Below, one piece after another: positions 27,128 through 40,052 of a stretch of DNA of 64,000 nucleotides. The DNA is from Selaginella moellendorffii (taxonomy: Eukaryota; Plantae; Lycopodiophyta): assembly GCF_000143415.4 (NCBI RefSeq), contig NW_003314294.1, positions 1,782,322 through 1,846,321 on the forward strand. The letters are read 5' to 3'. Position 1 is the stretch's first letter; each line of letters starts with the position of its first letter. The translations under genes were made by a program, and so were the position numbers. The notes under the pieces were generated by a model. That model ran no database searches and was not told the DNA's origin. It worked only from the letters and a program-made list of their open reading frames with translations.

Positions 27128-29479
27128 GTTCGCGGGGCCTTACGAGATTGAGGCTCGAATCGGTAAAGTGGCTTACCGTCTCCGACTTCCTCGAGAGATG
27201 GGGAAGATGCATCCCGTGTTCCACGTGAACTTACTCAAGCCGTATTTTGAGGATCCGCTTCGCAAGGACCAAGTAAGACCTTTACCTGAGGTTATCCAAG
27301 GGGAGGAGGAATACAAAGTCGAGGCCATCCTCAATGCGCGCAAGAGCAAGCGACAAGGACGCGAGGTGAGAGAGTTCCATGTGAAGTGGAAAGGATTTCC
27401 ACACTGCGAAGCAACATGGGAACCGGAGGAGAACCTAGCGAACGCGCGAGATCTAGTGGAGGAATTTCTGCATGGCAGAACTCTATGTACTTATGCAAAG
27501 TTCAATTAAAAGTATCAATTTGAGAAGTTGAGCAATGGCATATGTTGGGACCCGAAGGCGCGCCGAAGGTAAGCTAATTAGCATGGGTTAGCTAGGTCGA
27601 CCAGGCGTAGGGAGCTACGCCCGACTCCCTGCGGGGATGTCGAAACCGTAGACGTATTCTACGGAGGTTGGGTTCGAGTCCCAACCCCCTAGTAAAGCAA
27701 GGCTGGGTTCAAGTCCCGACCCCATACTAGGGCGTGGTGAGGGGAGGAGTATAGGGACACCTATATTCCGTTGTCATGAGCTCTTGGCCGGGGAGGCTAA
27801 CTTAGGCACACCGCTAAGTGGGGGGATGCCCCCGGAGACATGGTCAACAAGTCGTAGGATAAAAAAGAGACGTTCGATGTGGGCATCGAACTTCTTCTAT
27901 GGGTGGTGGAGTTGTAAGGAACCAACTCGCCGAGGTGTCGTAGGCTAAGGGAACCCCGAAAGCATGACCAAAATGACAAAGAGTTTATCGGATGGGACCA
28001 AGTCAAAGATCGAGTCCAAGACCGACTCTAGGACCGAGTTCGAGATAGAGTCCGGAATCGAGTCCAAGACCGACTCGGGGACCGAGTTCGAGTCCGAGTT
28101 CGAGACCGAGTTCGAGACGGAGTCCGAGATCCGAAATCGGGTCCGAGACCGAGTCCGAAGTCGAGTCCGAGGTCGGGCCCGAGATCGGGTCCGAGGTCGG
28201 GCCCGAGATCGGGTCCGAGATCGAGTCCGCGATCGAGTCCGAGACCGAATCCGAAGTCGGATCCGAAATCGGATCCGAGATCGAGCCAAAGACTAAGTCC
28301 AAATACTAATACGGGTCAAGGGGTGAAAGCCCAAAGCGTGCGTCCCCCAGGGGGGGGGGGCTGCAGGGGGTTCCAAAAGTATAGTAGGGATAGTGAGGTC
28401 CAGGAACCAGTTTTGAAGGGACTCTCCAGTTGGGCTTCCAAACCGACTTGAGGTTGGGACTGGGACTAAGGGGCCTTGGGTGGGAGTGAGTATGGACTTG
28501 GTTGGTGCCGGAGGGGCCATCCAAGGAAGTGCTCAAGAGCAGCTCCCACTCCCGAAAGGGAAACCGATTGCGGTGCTCCCGGCTCATGTGGAGTGGTGCC
28601 CCACTTGAGTACCATGCGGCTCATTGGTCCTCGCCCTTCCTAGGGGCTTGGGCCTTCCTTCGGGATGGAAGTGGGGGGCGAGAGGTACCCATACCGGGCC
28701 GTTAGGCCACGGTGTTTCGCCCCGGCGTCCCGAAGCAAGTGTTGCACTCAAGACTTGGGATTTAGAGGGTCCCATGATCAAGTCTTGTGGTACCAAGGGA
28801 TGTTAGGAACCTGGAAGCTTGGTGTGCTTGGCTGCTTGTGCTTGCGGGGAGTGTAGCCGAACCTTAAGTCCAGTCTAACCCGGGGAGGGGGATTGGGAGT
28901 GATTTGGGGAATCCGTGGAAGGATGGCTAACACTCCGTTGCTCGTGCAGTGAGTAGCTGAAACCAAGTAGGAGCTGGTACCATAGGCGAGAACCTTAGCA
29001 AGGGAACTTAGCAAAAGCCAAGGCAGTGTTGGACGGATAGACGAGGTAAGCTGGCAAATTGGAAAGGAAAAATTTGTGGCTTACACTATAAAATAACTGA
29101 ATGGCCGTACCTAATTTTCAAACTACCAAAAACTTAAACACCAACCAACGGTTAAGACTTTTCCAGCTAATAACTCTTTATCCACAACTTCGATTGACTT
29201 GATTTCACCACCAAAGAACTTCCCTTGATAAGATCTTAAACTTCATAGAAAACAACTTCTTCAAATTCTCACTTCTGAAATCCATCACTTTTTCTCTCTC
29301 TTCCCAGGAAGCTTCTTCAGCGAGCTTCTTCATTTTTCACCTTTTTCTAGCTCAGAAAAACGTCAGTACTCACAAAAGCAACCTCAAGTATGAAAATACA
29401 ACCATATATACGGTTGACAGTCATCACCTTTATCCTTAGCAACATACCATGCCTCTCTAAACATCCTCTTTTTACAACA

Positions 29480-29800
29480 CTTAGCTCCTAAGTCTATTGC
29501 TTTTGTCTTACCATCATGATCAAGTCAACATCCTATGATCACCTCTGGTCCACACAGCATGATCAGCATCCTCTGACTACTCTTGAGGTACATCTTAGGC
29601 TTAAACTTCAAAATCTCATTTCGGGTATGACAGTTCAAGCCTTCTAGGAAATGACTTCTGGCATCCTCATCACTCATATTGACAATCATAATGCATGTCT
29701 TAGTAAAGGCATTAACATAGTTCATAAGGTCACCTTTTTGTTTGAGTTGACATAATTCTGCACAAAGTCAAAGACCAAGATCCTCTAATAAGTATTCTTT
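29480..29800 (-). pseudogene. Retrotransposon gag relic
   Basis: LKQKGDLMNYVNAF...MSDEDARSHFLEGL resembles the chromovirus gag [14 protein letters not shown]...[14 protein letters not shown]; boundaries approximate. Confidence 0.6.
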
Positions 29801-31536
29801 TTGTATATGAGACTGCACCTGGGCTATCACGAAGGCAAGATATTCCTAAGGAGATAATTTCTGGGACTATCTCCTAAAACTTACCAAAAATGGTTATGTG
29901 ACAAGTTGCAAATGGAATAACAAAAACAACACCATACCATTCATGACACTCTCTTGAACCCTTAGACATGCCAAAATGGCAAATCTAACAGTTACTATAA
30001 ATAGTAATAAGAAACTCATTATCCAACAAATCTAATGAAAAATAGCAAGGATGCTCGGAGAGCATGATAAGCTATCTCCTAGTGATATTGAGTGACTATT
30101 GCTCAATATCATAGGAGTTCTTACCATTAGTTAGTGTAAGATATAATATAATGGGAACTCCTTACTAGGTTAATAACACTTACGAATTCTGTTCTTATGC
30201 TCATTTAGTCCTGGTAGTATGGGTTAGTGCCCTGAAGTCATGTTTGTGACACAGACATAGAGAAAACAATCTTTTGGCAATCCTAATGTGTTGTTGATGA
30301 CATATTCTATATTATCAATATATGTGCTTGCCCATATACCCAACATTAAATCAAATTATTGTTACAAATTCTTCATATGGAGCAAAAATGCAATTGCTCC
30401 TAGTCAGATAGAATACACCCTCTTGCCACCCTTAGGCTTCACCAAGAGCAAATTAAAAAGTTCTAAAAGGACAAGATACTTTTTAGGATTTTGTGAAATA
30501 AAATAAAAATATAAAGTGTGAGAAAACATTTAGTTAAAAATGGAATAAAAGAAATAAGTATACCTTTGTCTTTCAGCCTGATTTACAATAGGCACTGGTA
30601 CATAATTAACACCAATATTACTATTGGTATTAATTCCATAGACATTTGGGATATCTTCATAGTAACATTATCGTAAAATATTGTCGAGTTATTTACTTGG
30701 AAAGCTAAACCTTCAAGTCTCATTCCAAAATAAACTATAAAATAAGAATATTATATACAAAATATAATGAATAATTTATTACTTGACTGTTGAAACGAAA
30801 TAGTAAAATTATAATATTGAACCACTATATACTTCTTCACATCCAGGAAGAAGACTGCTTTGTGCTTTGGTTCCTTTAATACTGTTTTGTTATTTAGTTC
30901 CTTTAGATTCTATCTCAGGTCCAACTATAGAAACCCACTTATTGTTGCTTCAAGAACAACAGTGTCTTGTGTCTTAATATTTGGCTCAGTAGCAGATTAG
31001 ATCTCTAACAAAAAAACAAAAACCACAGTCCAGTAGCTCGAGACAAAGTTGCCGTGCATGAGTGTTGAGGTCAGCCACGACAGTCAATACATCACAACCG
31101 CGGATAAGCTCTATTTCGTTAAAGTGGGAATTGTCATTATCCCACTTGTAAAATAAGGTTTCCAAACCTTTATATAGTATATAAATATAACAAAATTCAA
31201 CTGCATTGAGGCACATGCCATTTTATTTTAAACAAGGAAATGTCTACTCAATCACTTCTCACTGCTTCACCTCTCTCTTCTCCTTGTCATCGTCGTCCAA
31301 TTTCTTTCCATCCTTTTAATATTGGCTCAGTTGCTCCAAGTCTAGGTGGAGCCCAAGTCCCCATTCAATCTTTACTTTCCCCTTATTAATAAAACAACTT
31401 CGTAGACTTCCAATAACATGCTGTAACACTTCTAGTATAATGCAAATCCTCTCAAAGAATTGTCTTTTAATATTAATACAATGGCATGGAACCCCATGCC
31501 ATAATAAGTTACATTTTTAAATAAATACATGCCATC

Positions 31537-34500
31537 TCAGACTGTTATTTTTTGCCTCCAACGCCTATACAATAATCTTGGAATTTCATCACTCTCCACA
31601 CTATCAGGATTTAAACCCAATAGTAATGCCATCTCTTCTCTAATACGTCCACGCTCATGTTCAGTGGTCGAAGAACCCATCCGGTTGAGCAGATTATGGA
31701 GATGCGGATAGTGCTTGGCTAGACAATATACATGCCATAAATGATGACTGGTGTCTGTCCGATCAAATGGCTTCTGATATACCGTTCCATCTGCCATTTG
31801 GTTGATTTCTGCAGCCACCTCCTGGACTGGCCGGTTCTCTATCACCATCGCTTCAAGCCGTTTTGCAAGGTCCCCCAGAACATACGGTTTCTTCTCCCTA
31901 GTTTCCATACTGCAAGAGATGGGGTGCACTGCATATGTGTGCGTGTTCACTGCAGTTTTAATCGGCGAGTCATCGATGATGAGGATTTCACTTGACCTAG
32001 CAGTCCGGTTCATCACTACAGCCTCTGCCTTGACGAAGATGGGCTTGCTACCCCTCACATGGACCATAGTCAAGCAATCCTCCTGCGTTAGGAGAAAGTC
32101 AAATGGTAATATTACTCGCGTCTGATCGTGCATCATCTGTAGCAACGTTAATGCATTGTGGCGCATCATGGATGTCCAAACTCCCAATTGCAAATTGAAC
32201 CCGGCCCTCTGTTTTAAGTGTCGCATGGTCATTATTAGATCCCGTAGTTTCTCCCGTGTGATTAATGTGAATCTGTCTCTTTTGACCAACTTGCGACCAC
32301 AGGCTTTGGAGGGTGCAATGACATTCGAGGACGAGCCACGCTCATGGGAGAAAAGGACACCGTTCAGATCAAAAACGATACAGTACTTTCGCCGTGACTC
32401 TGAAATGAAATGCGTCAGCATAAAACATGGTACAAGTCAATTTTACCATCTACAATATTAGCGAATGGTGCTCCCGATGGTCGTTCAAAGGGTTTTGGTC
32501 GAGGAAACGTGAAGGGCGGAAATACTCTCCTCTGCAATGTGGGGTCAATCGCATCCGATGGCGTGTGGGCACATGCCATTTCAGCTGTAGACTCTGGTAC
32601 AACTGGCTCAACAGTGGCATGGGGTGGTTCCGATGGCGTGTGATCACACGCCATTTCAGCTGGTGCCTCCGTTGGCAAAGTGGACATGACCGAACAGGCA
32701 GCAGGGGCGGTGTAGGGAGGTTCCAACGGCGCGTAGTCAGACGATTGGGCACACGTTGGAAATGAGGATACGACCGGCTCGGCGGCTGGGGCGGCCTCAT
32801 GCGGGTCCAATGGCGCCTGGTCACCGTCAGTTGGATACGTGGACAAGATTGACTCAGTGGTATGGGCAGCATCAAGTGGAGCGTGGTCAGCTTGCTTGGC
32901 GTTGATATGGATAGTAGCCTCCACCAGCTCTGATGACTCTTGCAGGCAAGTAGAGTCCACTGGCGGATCCATATGCATGTCCAAATATCTCCCTTCGATT
33001 GAGATGGTATCCTCCCGTGCTACTAAAAACAAACTCATTAGCACATTGAATCGACTATACTGTATTTACCATCAACTGCTATTGAGGAACTAGGACCGAT
33101 ATCACTTGGGCGCACTGCTGATTCTGAAGGATTGGACATACGTTTCGACCCTTGCTTGGCACTATCCTTCCTCGACACTAAAGGCTAGAGTTTGTATCTT
33201 AATTCAACTGAATAATCTCTACTTACCATTTCTTCTGCGACCTACATGGACAATGTTAGAAATGGTAAAAGGTTAGGAATGGATGTACTATTATTTACCT
33301 GATGGTTTGTCTTGTATGACCTTCCTCCGCTGCTCTTTGGCCACCTCAGGCTGGCCATCGTCGTCATCATCGTCATCATCGTTATTGTGATCGTCACCAT
33401 TGTGAGGACCATCCAAGTCCTCTTCGTCCTCCTCTTCTTCGTCCTCCTCTTCTTCGTCCTCCTCTTCGTCCTTCTGCTCTTCCTGCTCATTATCTTTCTC
33501 TGGCTCCTCATCCCCCTCTTGCATTTCTTCCATAGGCTGCTCAGGCTGGATTGCTTGTTTTTCCAGGACCATCTTGGAAAAATCATCTGGCCGAGTCTCC
33601 ATCTCAAAATACAAGACATCCATAGCCTGTTTTAGTGCGTGACCTAGGACCGTATCCTCACCCGACTGTCTTAACATGGTTTCTGCACGTTCTTGCACCC
33701 TTCGAAGACGACGAGATGAGAAAAACGTGGCCCTGACTTGAAAAGCATCCCTCATCCATTGTACCTCTCCATTGAGATTGGGGAAGGGGAGTCCGCCATA
33801 GGAATCTGAGTCAGAAGGTGGTGACTGGCTCCTTTCACTCAGCCCTTGATCTGCAATGAATGGCATGAGCACACACGCCATAACCGCGAGGCATTACCTA
33901 TCATCTTTTTGTTGCCCTTCTTCCTTTTCGAATCAAACGCCTCTGATCCCGACGACTGTCCAACGTGCTTTCGCTTTTTATGACCACTGTCAGTTTGAGC
34001 TTGGCTGGTGCTTGCCTGTTTTGCCTTTGAAGAAGTGTCTCCTGCAAGGAATGGCATGAGACCACACGCCATTGTAAATATAATTTGTACCTCCTTTTTT
34101 CCTATTGCTTGTCTGTTTGTCCTTCTTCGACGCGCCACCAGTGCGCTTTTCAGTCCTCGTGTCTGAATATTCACAACGATCTATAATCAAAATGGCGTGA
34201 GGCCTCACGTGACCTTACCTTGTGCAGGTTGTGACCTCGGCCTAACATCAGTAGCTGTTAACGCCGTTTCAGCATCTGGGGGTGGCCACGCTCCTGCATA
34301 CAGAGCTTGTGAGATAACATTTAAACTTAAAGTGCGTACTCACCAGGTTCGTAGAGAAGATACTGTTTTTCTTTGGCAATTGTAATTATATGCTCCATTG
34401 AAGTCACCTCTTCAATGGAGTTTGTCACCACAACACACGGGACACCCTTGAGTAGTGCGGCTCGAAAGAATAGTCTGCCGCAGTTGTACTCGACAACGCA

Positions 34501-37127
34501 TTTGCCCTTGGAGTCACCCGCTATTGCGTTGAAGACCCAGCTGAGCATTTCCCATGCTGCACCTGGAGCTTTCTTTGGATTCGAAAGCTCCATAGCCGTC
34601 TTCAGTTCCTCAGGCACGGGTAAATTGACCTCCCTCAGATCAATTCGATCAGCTTTGTTGAACGAAGCTGGGAAGTCACTCCAGTCCCACTCTGCTGCAG
34701 GACCAATAACAAGGGCGACTGTGAAGATGCGGACATTCGTCGGTATCTTCTTCTTAGCCATTATCCCATGGATCTCCCGCATCTCCTTGCCTTTCAACCG
34801 AGCCTTCACCTCGTTCAAGGCCTTCCAGAACTTGTGATAGGATTCGGAGTCGTAGATCATATAGTGGACTGAAGATTCCACCTCCGCAAGTCCCACCATT
34901 AAGTCAATGATGGAGCTGACTTCGTCTGCATGAGTGATCTCCTCGTTTGTGAAGTCCATCACACAAAAGATGTTCTTGACCTGCTCATCTCCGCGGGAAA
35001 CGATGCTCCTCCACCTTTGATCCTCATCCGAATTCACGTATACCCGGTAAGGTTCTCGATAGGCCTCTGCTGCGGGGTCGAGCTGTTTCTGAAGCCGGCG
35101 GTCGACATCCCTCTTAATGAAATTTGGATACTGATCCAACTTCTCAGCTTTACTTTTCGTGGCATCCCGCAGCAGATCGATGAACTTGGGGGCCCCCTTC
35201 ACGTACTCGTCGATGTCTTCATTTGACAAGTCCAGCTCTTCCATCATCTCTTGCGTGGTGTCGATGCTCACCCTCGCCACGGCCACTTGCTCGAAGATCC
35301 AATCCTTCAATAGCGCACGAGCTCTCAGAGTCGTGCACAAGTCCTCGTATGTCACAATATGGCCGGGAGTCATTTTGGTCTTGTTGAAGACTACCTCACC
35401 AAGTAGAAGAGCATTAGCCACTGTCAGAAGGTCGTCGTCGTCTAGAGACCGCGAGAAACGCAAGGCGTTGAGCTTCAAATCATTGGGCTTCCGACCGTCC
35501 TCCACACCCATTGAGTTTAGCAACTCCCCGTCATGGTACCTCCTTAGCACATCTACCCATTTGTCAAAAACAACTTTTGTCGCGAGTAGAATGTTATGGA
35601 TGCTGAGTGTGTCATTGACCCCCAGTGTTTTCGAGAGAAGACTCGAGAATTCCTGCAATGGAAATGGCGTGAGGCCACATGCTATGCCACATGCAACGAG
35701 GCTTACCTGCCAGGCGCTAGTTGCTAGTGCACGTCCTTGTCCTGGTTTTTGTGGCTTCTTCAGTTGAACCCAGAGCTTCCGTGTTCGTGCCAATGTCTCG
35801 TGCAGACCCGATTTGTAGCACGTTTCTTGCTTGACATTCTGCGCGTGGGAGATGTATATGATAGATCGGAGGGGCGAGTTGCCTTTTATCAGGCGGACAA
35901 CTCTTGTCTTGAAGACTTTCTTCACCTCCTCGCCCACCATAATATCCACAACTATCTGTTGCATCGCCAAGCTAGAATGCTGCCCGGAGACGGCATAGAA
36001 CCGGATGTTCTGATCGTCCAACACCTTCCTATTGATCAAGTCTGGAAACCTCGTCTCGCCCTTCATTGTTCGGTAGTAGGGGATCACGTCTGCGATGTCG
36101 GGTGTTACTGGACTTGCCAGCATCTTCTGCTTCAGTTTCTCCACCCACTCATCAGATACTAGCCTGTGGTTGTATTTGCTTTGGATCTCGATACGGCTCA
36201 CGTCGATTGTATATACTTTGTTGGAATAGTAACAAGTACTATTATCTGCGACGATTTTTGCTGCCTCTTCTTGCTCTTTCTGCTCTTTGCGGCTCTTCTT
36301 TTTGGTGGGTGTAGTGTTCGAACCCGAGGCAATGGCATCACCGAGTAGCTTCTTTTTTGGAGCAGCAGAGTCGGACGTCGGCTTGAGCTTGACCACCCTT
36401 TTCTGCTTCGGGGTAGTTTCCAGATCGACCCCCTTCCCCTTCGCTTCGCAAACTGGAGGCACTCTCAACGGCTCAATGTTGGAATATAGTTTTTGAACAT
36501 CGCCGTAGGTGAGGTCCGTGGATTCCATGTGATCTTCATAGACCCGCAGCGTCTTTGAAATTGTGGGCCTCCTGGACAACCTCTCCCTAGCTCCCTCTAG
36601 GAATTCCTCATAGCCGCTGCCCCCCTCCGGGAAGCCGCTAGGATGTGCAAGGTGGATCTTGAAGGCGGACGCTGTCTCTACCACAAGTGCCAGTCCATAT
36701 TCTTGCATGGAACTGTATGGAGTGTCTGTCACTTGGATGAGGATCCCCATGCATTCTTTTCTCCCACCATCTGTGTTGTACAGCATCAGATCCTCGCCTT
36801 CCATCCCGAAAGTCCAACTGGTGAGCTCCTCCCCCTTCTCTGCATCCACATTGACAGTGCCTGGAAGAAGAACGCAATTCCTCGCCTGTTCAGAAATGCA
36901 CAACAATTAGAGCTGACAGATGAAAAGCTAGCAGCTGGAAATAACGTGAGGCCACACGCCATTCACCACTGCATCAGATGTCTTGAGGCTGCATCCTAAG
37001 ATGGCGTGAGGCTACACGCCATCTGTAACCGGACTGCACTCGAGAGCCCAATCGGTGCATGCCAATGTTGCTACTGAATGGCATGTGGCCTCATGCCATT
37101 TTCTACTTGGCCTAAAAGACTTACCAT
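31537..37127 (-). CDS. Transposon accessory protein, ~1,630 aa, spliced: ParB/Srx-like domain, degenerate amino-MTase-like fold, acidic region, C-terminal FCP1/NIF-type HAD phosphatase
   Basis: Proposed exons 37127-37125 (ATG|GTAAG), 36885-35707, 35652-34344, 34293-34219, 34162-34091, 34041-33898, 33850-33299, 33241-33227, 33177-33070, 33019-32447, 32399-31537. All introns are GT-AG, the frame is continuous and there are no stops. HAD motifs: IVFDLNGVL, VWTS, TQEDC, KPIFVK, LIIDDSPIK. Confidence 0.75.
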
Positions 37128-38724
37128 TTGAAGCCGAATGGAGGCCGTGACAATCGAGGCTGGACTCGCTGGCGAATGTGCACTGTGTGTGCAGCGGATC
37201 GTAGCAGCAAGGCTACTCTGCCACTTACAGTTGGAGAGTGGTGCTGAAATCTCCCGGGACGCCAAGTGGGCTGCGTGTGGGTGGTGGAGTGGGCGGCGGA
37301 GTTGGCGGCGAAGTTACAAACTGGGTGTGTCTTGAAGTGGACGCCGATGCACATGAGCGCGATGCGAGCGCGAGTGTGATGCAAGCGCGAGTGGACGCCG
37401 ATGCACACGAGAAACCTGTAGAGAAGTGAGCGTGATCGCGAGTGGGAGCGCGATGCGAGCGGGAGCGCGAGTGTGATGCGAGCGCGAGCGCGAGTGTGCG
37501 AGCGCGAGTACAAAGCAAAATGCAAAACCTAACCTCACACGCGCGAAATGTCACAACGGTTGGTAATCCCGCCACGTCATCATTCCTCGGACTTGGGCGC
37601 CACCATTAATTTCTGGATTGCCGCGCGCATGCAAGCACGCAAAATCCAAAAGAAATCCGCAACGTCATCATTCCTCGGACTGCATGCACGCGAAATCCAA
37701 AAGAAAGATCATGATTGGGATATCATTTAATACCCTCGCTATATTTATACCATGCATGATTGGATATTCCAAAGCATCTTGTATTTCCAAAAATGGCAGA
37801 TGTTCAGCTAAATAAAGAAATTCTATCTGTTTCTATTTTTCTCTCAAATCAATATTATAGCGTGTGGGCTCATGCAATTTTGAACCAAAGAAACCCAAAA
37901 AACGTTGGACCCAAAATATTTTGAAAAAACCCAAAAAACCCTAAACATTTTAAACCCAAAAATCCAGGCGTCCTGTGGCGTTATTCCTTGAATGGCATGT
38001 GGGCGCATGCCATTTTCAGGGCCAAATGCTGAATGGAGAAAAATTCCCTTTCAGTGCAAATGCTGCAAGAGGCAGATGCCGAGCACAAAGGACTGTAACT
38101 ACCTCACATGACACAGATAAACTTTTCTCTATTTGGCAAAGATAAACTTTATAGCGTGTGGGCTCATGCAATTTTGAACCCAAAAAATGCACCAAAAAAT
38201 TCTCGGCGTCATCTGGCATTATCTCTTGAATGGCGTGGGGCCGCATGCCATTTTCAGGGGCACATAGGAGTATATTCCTAGGATATTCTGACACGCGCGA
38301 GATTTTTTTGAGTTTTCTGGAGATCCAACCGTTAGATCGCAACTAGATTTTACAGAATGGTATACAATGCCTTTCTTGATGACCCTGCAAAGAAGCATCT
38401 CGATCGGACACCACATGAGACCACACGAGCCTTACAATGTTTCAGGGGCATTTGCCATATATCCGACCGTTATTTTGCTCCAAGATTTTACAGTTTGGTG
38501 TGCATTGACCTTTCCATCGACACTGCAAAGGGACATCACAATCAGATGCGGGATCACAAGAAACTAACTTCACTAATTCTGGTTTCACCAAGATCTACAT
38601 AAGGAGTTTTGAAATGAAAGGACCCTCTCTATTGAAATGTGTTTATGGTCCTATAGGCATTGTGATATATCAAAGGATTTTGCATCAAGTTCTGTATTTG
38701 CATGTTTATCAAGCTACTGAATTG

Positions 38725-38758
38725 CTAAACCCTAAACCCTAAACCCTAAACCCTAAAC
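38725..38758 (+). repeat. (CCCTAAA) x~5 telomere/telo-box array in the divergent intergenic region
   Basis: Direct reading of the sequence. Confidence 0.95.
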
Positions 38759-40052
38759 ATGTGGCAAATGCTGCGTGAAGAAAGATGCCCTTTCTGGGCA
38801 AATGCTGTAAGAGGCAGATGCCGAGCAGATGTATCTCAGGCTAGCGAAGGGGACGAACGAAAGCTAGCTATAAACATGACGGGATGCAAATAGATTACTA
38901 GGCTGGTCCTGCGAAAATCAAAAACCATAATTGAAAATATTGAAAATGCAAAAAGAAAGGTTTATAATATTTTTGAATTTTAAGCAACCAAAGGAATGTA
39001 AGTAGGGCATGTGTTTGTAAGTTTAAAAATGCCTCAACCACTTAAATTCCCAAGTAAATAAAGCTGTTTCTATTTTTGGTACAGGTAAACTTTATAGCGT
39101 GTGGGCTCATGCAATTTTGAACCCAAAAATGCACCAAAAAATGCTCGACTAGCATTATTCTTTGAATGGCATGTGGCCTTATATTGCCATAAATGGACGT
39201 ACACACACAGCATAATTATTCCTTTACATGGCGAATAATCTTGGCGCGGATCGCTGACATGGCATGGCAAAGTTCGAATCACTGACATGGCACAGCTGGA
39301 TCGAGGCAAGGACATGATGTGACAAAGTTCAACCTCCGACAGCAAAGTCTAGAAGCTACTCAGTTTGAAATTTGTCAGAGGAATCATAAGATCTGGTTTG
39401 TCAGAGGATTTGATGTGACGTTCAAGCGTGTGTTATTTTTGAATTCTCGAACTCATTCCTAGGTCTATCATTTTTGTGCGCCGTGTTCTTGGTTCCGCTG
39501 AGCGCAGTGAGCGCTGCTTGTGTAAGCGGTGTTGTGGGCTGTGGTTTATGCGTCTACGAGCGGTTGCGGCATTGCGAGCGCCATTGCGAGCGGCAGTTTA
39601 TGCGAGTGGCAGTTTGTGCGAGCGGCGCTACGAGCAGTTGCGGTGTTGCGAGCGGCGCTACGAGTAGTTGCGGTGTTGCGAGCGGCACTGTCTTTGGTGT
39701 GGCTACCGCTTCCTCTTGATATTCGGCACTTGTGCTTCCTGGTATGTTCACCATGGAATGGCTTAGGACCACATTTAGAAATGGCATGAGGCCACATGCC
39801 ATCTTGGGCCCTTGCAATTTCATGGCTAGCGTATTGTCATGTATGTTTTTACTTGCCTGCAGCTGTGTGTATATCAAGATGGCATGAGGCCTCATGCCAA
39901 TTTTGTGAATGCAAAATTTCACGTGGGTGTCAATAGCATGTTTGAATAATGGCATGTGGCCTCATGCTATTGAGGTTGTTTGGTATGTTATGATTTAGGC
40001 CATTCTTCAATCATTTTTTGTATGGTCTTAACTTCTTTTCTGCACTTTCAGA

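Larger units (their letters stand above)
22737..27509 (+). pseudogene. Chromovirus gag-pol (copy B), spliced, with nonsense codons at 22905, 24534 and 26723
   Basis: Same domains as copy A; exons 22737-26610, 26658-27075, 27128-27509. Confidence 0.9.
21546..29085 (+). mobile_element. Ty3/Gypsy chromovirus, copy B, full length
   Basis: LTRs 21546-22677 and 27913-29085; TSD CTATA at 21541-21545 and 29086-29090; PBS 22681-22692; PPT 27901-27912. Confidence 0.97.

Noticed and set aside
27474-27545. Third intron after the chromodomain
   Set aside because: AT-rich patch, but no consistent canonical donor/acceptor across copies and no conserved motif to restore
27945-28302. RD/SR-rich ORFs in the LTRs
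   Set aside because: By-products of a stop-free hexamer array that is open in several frames on both strands
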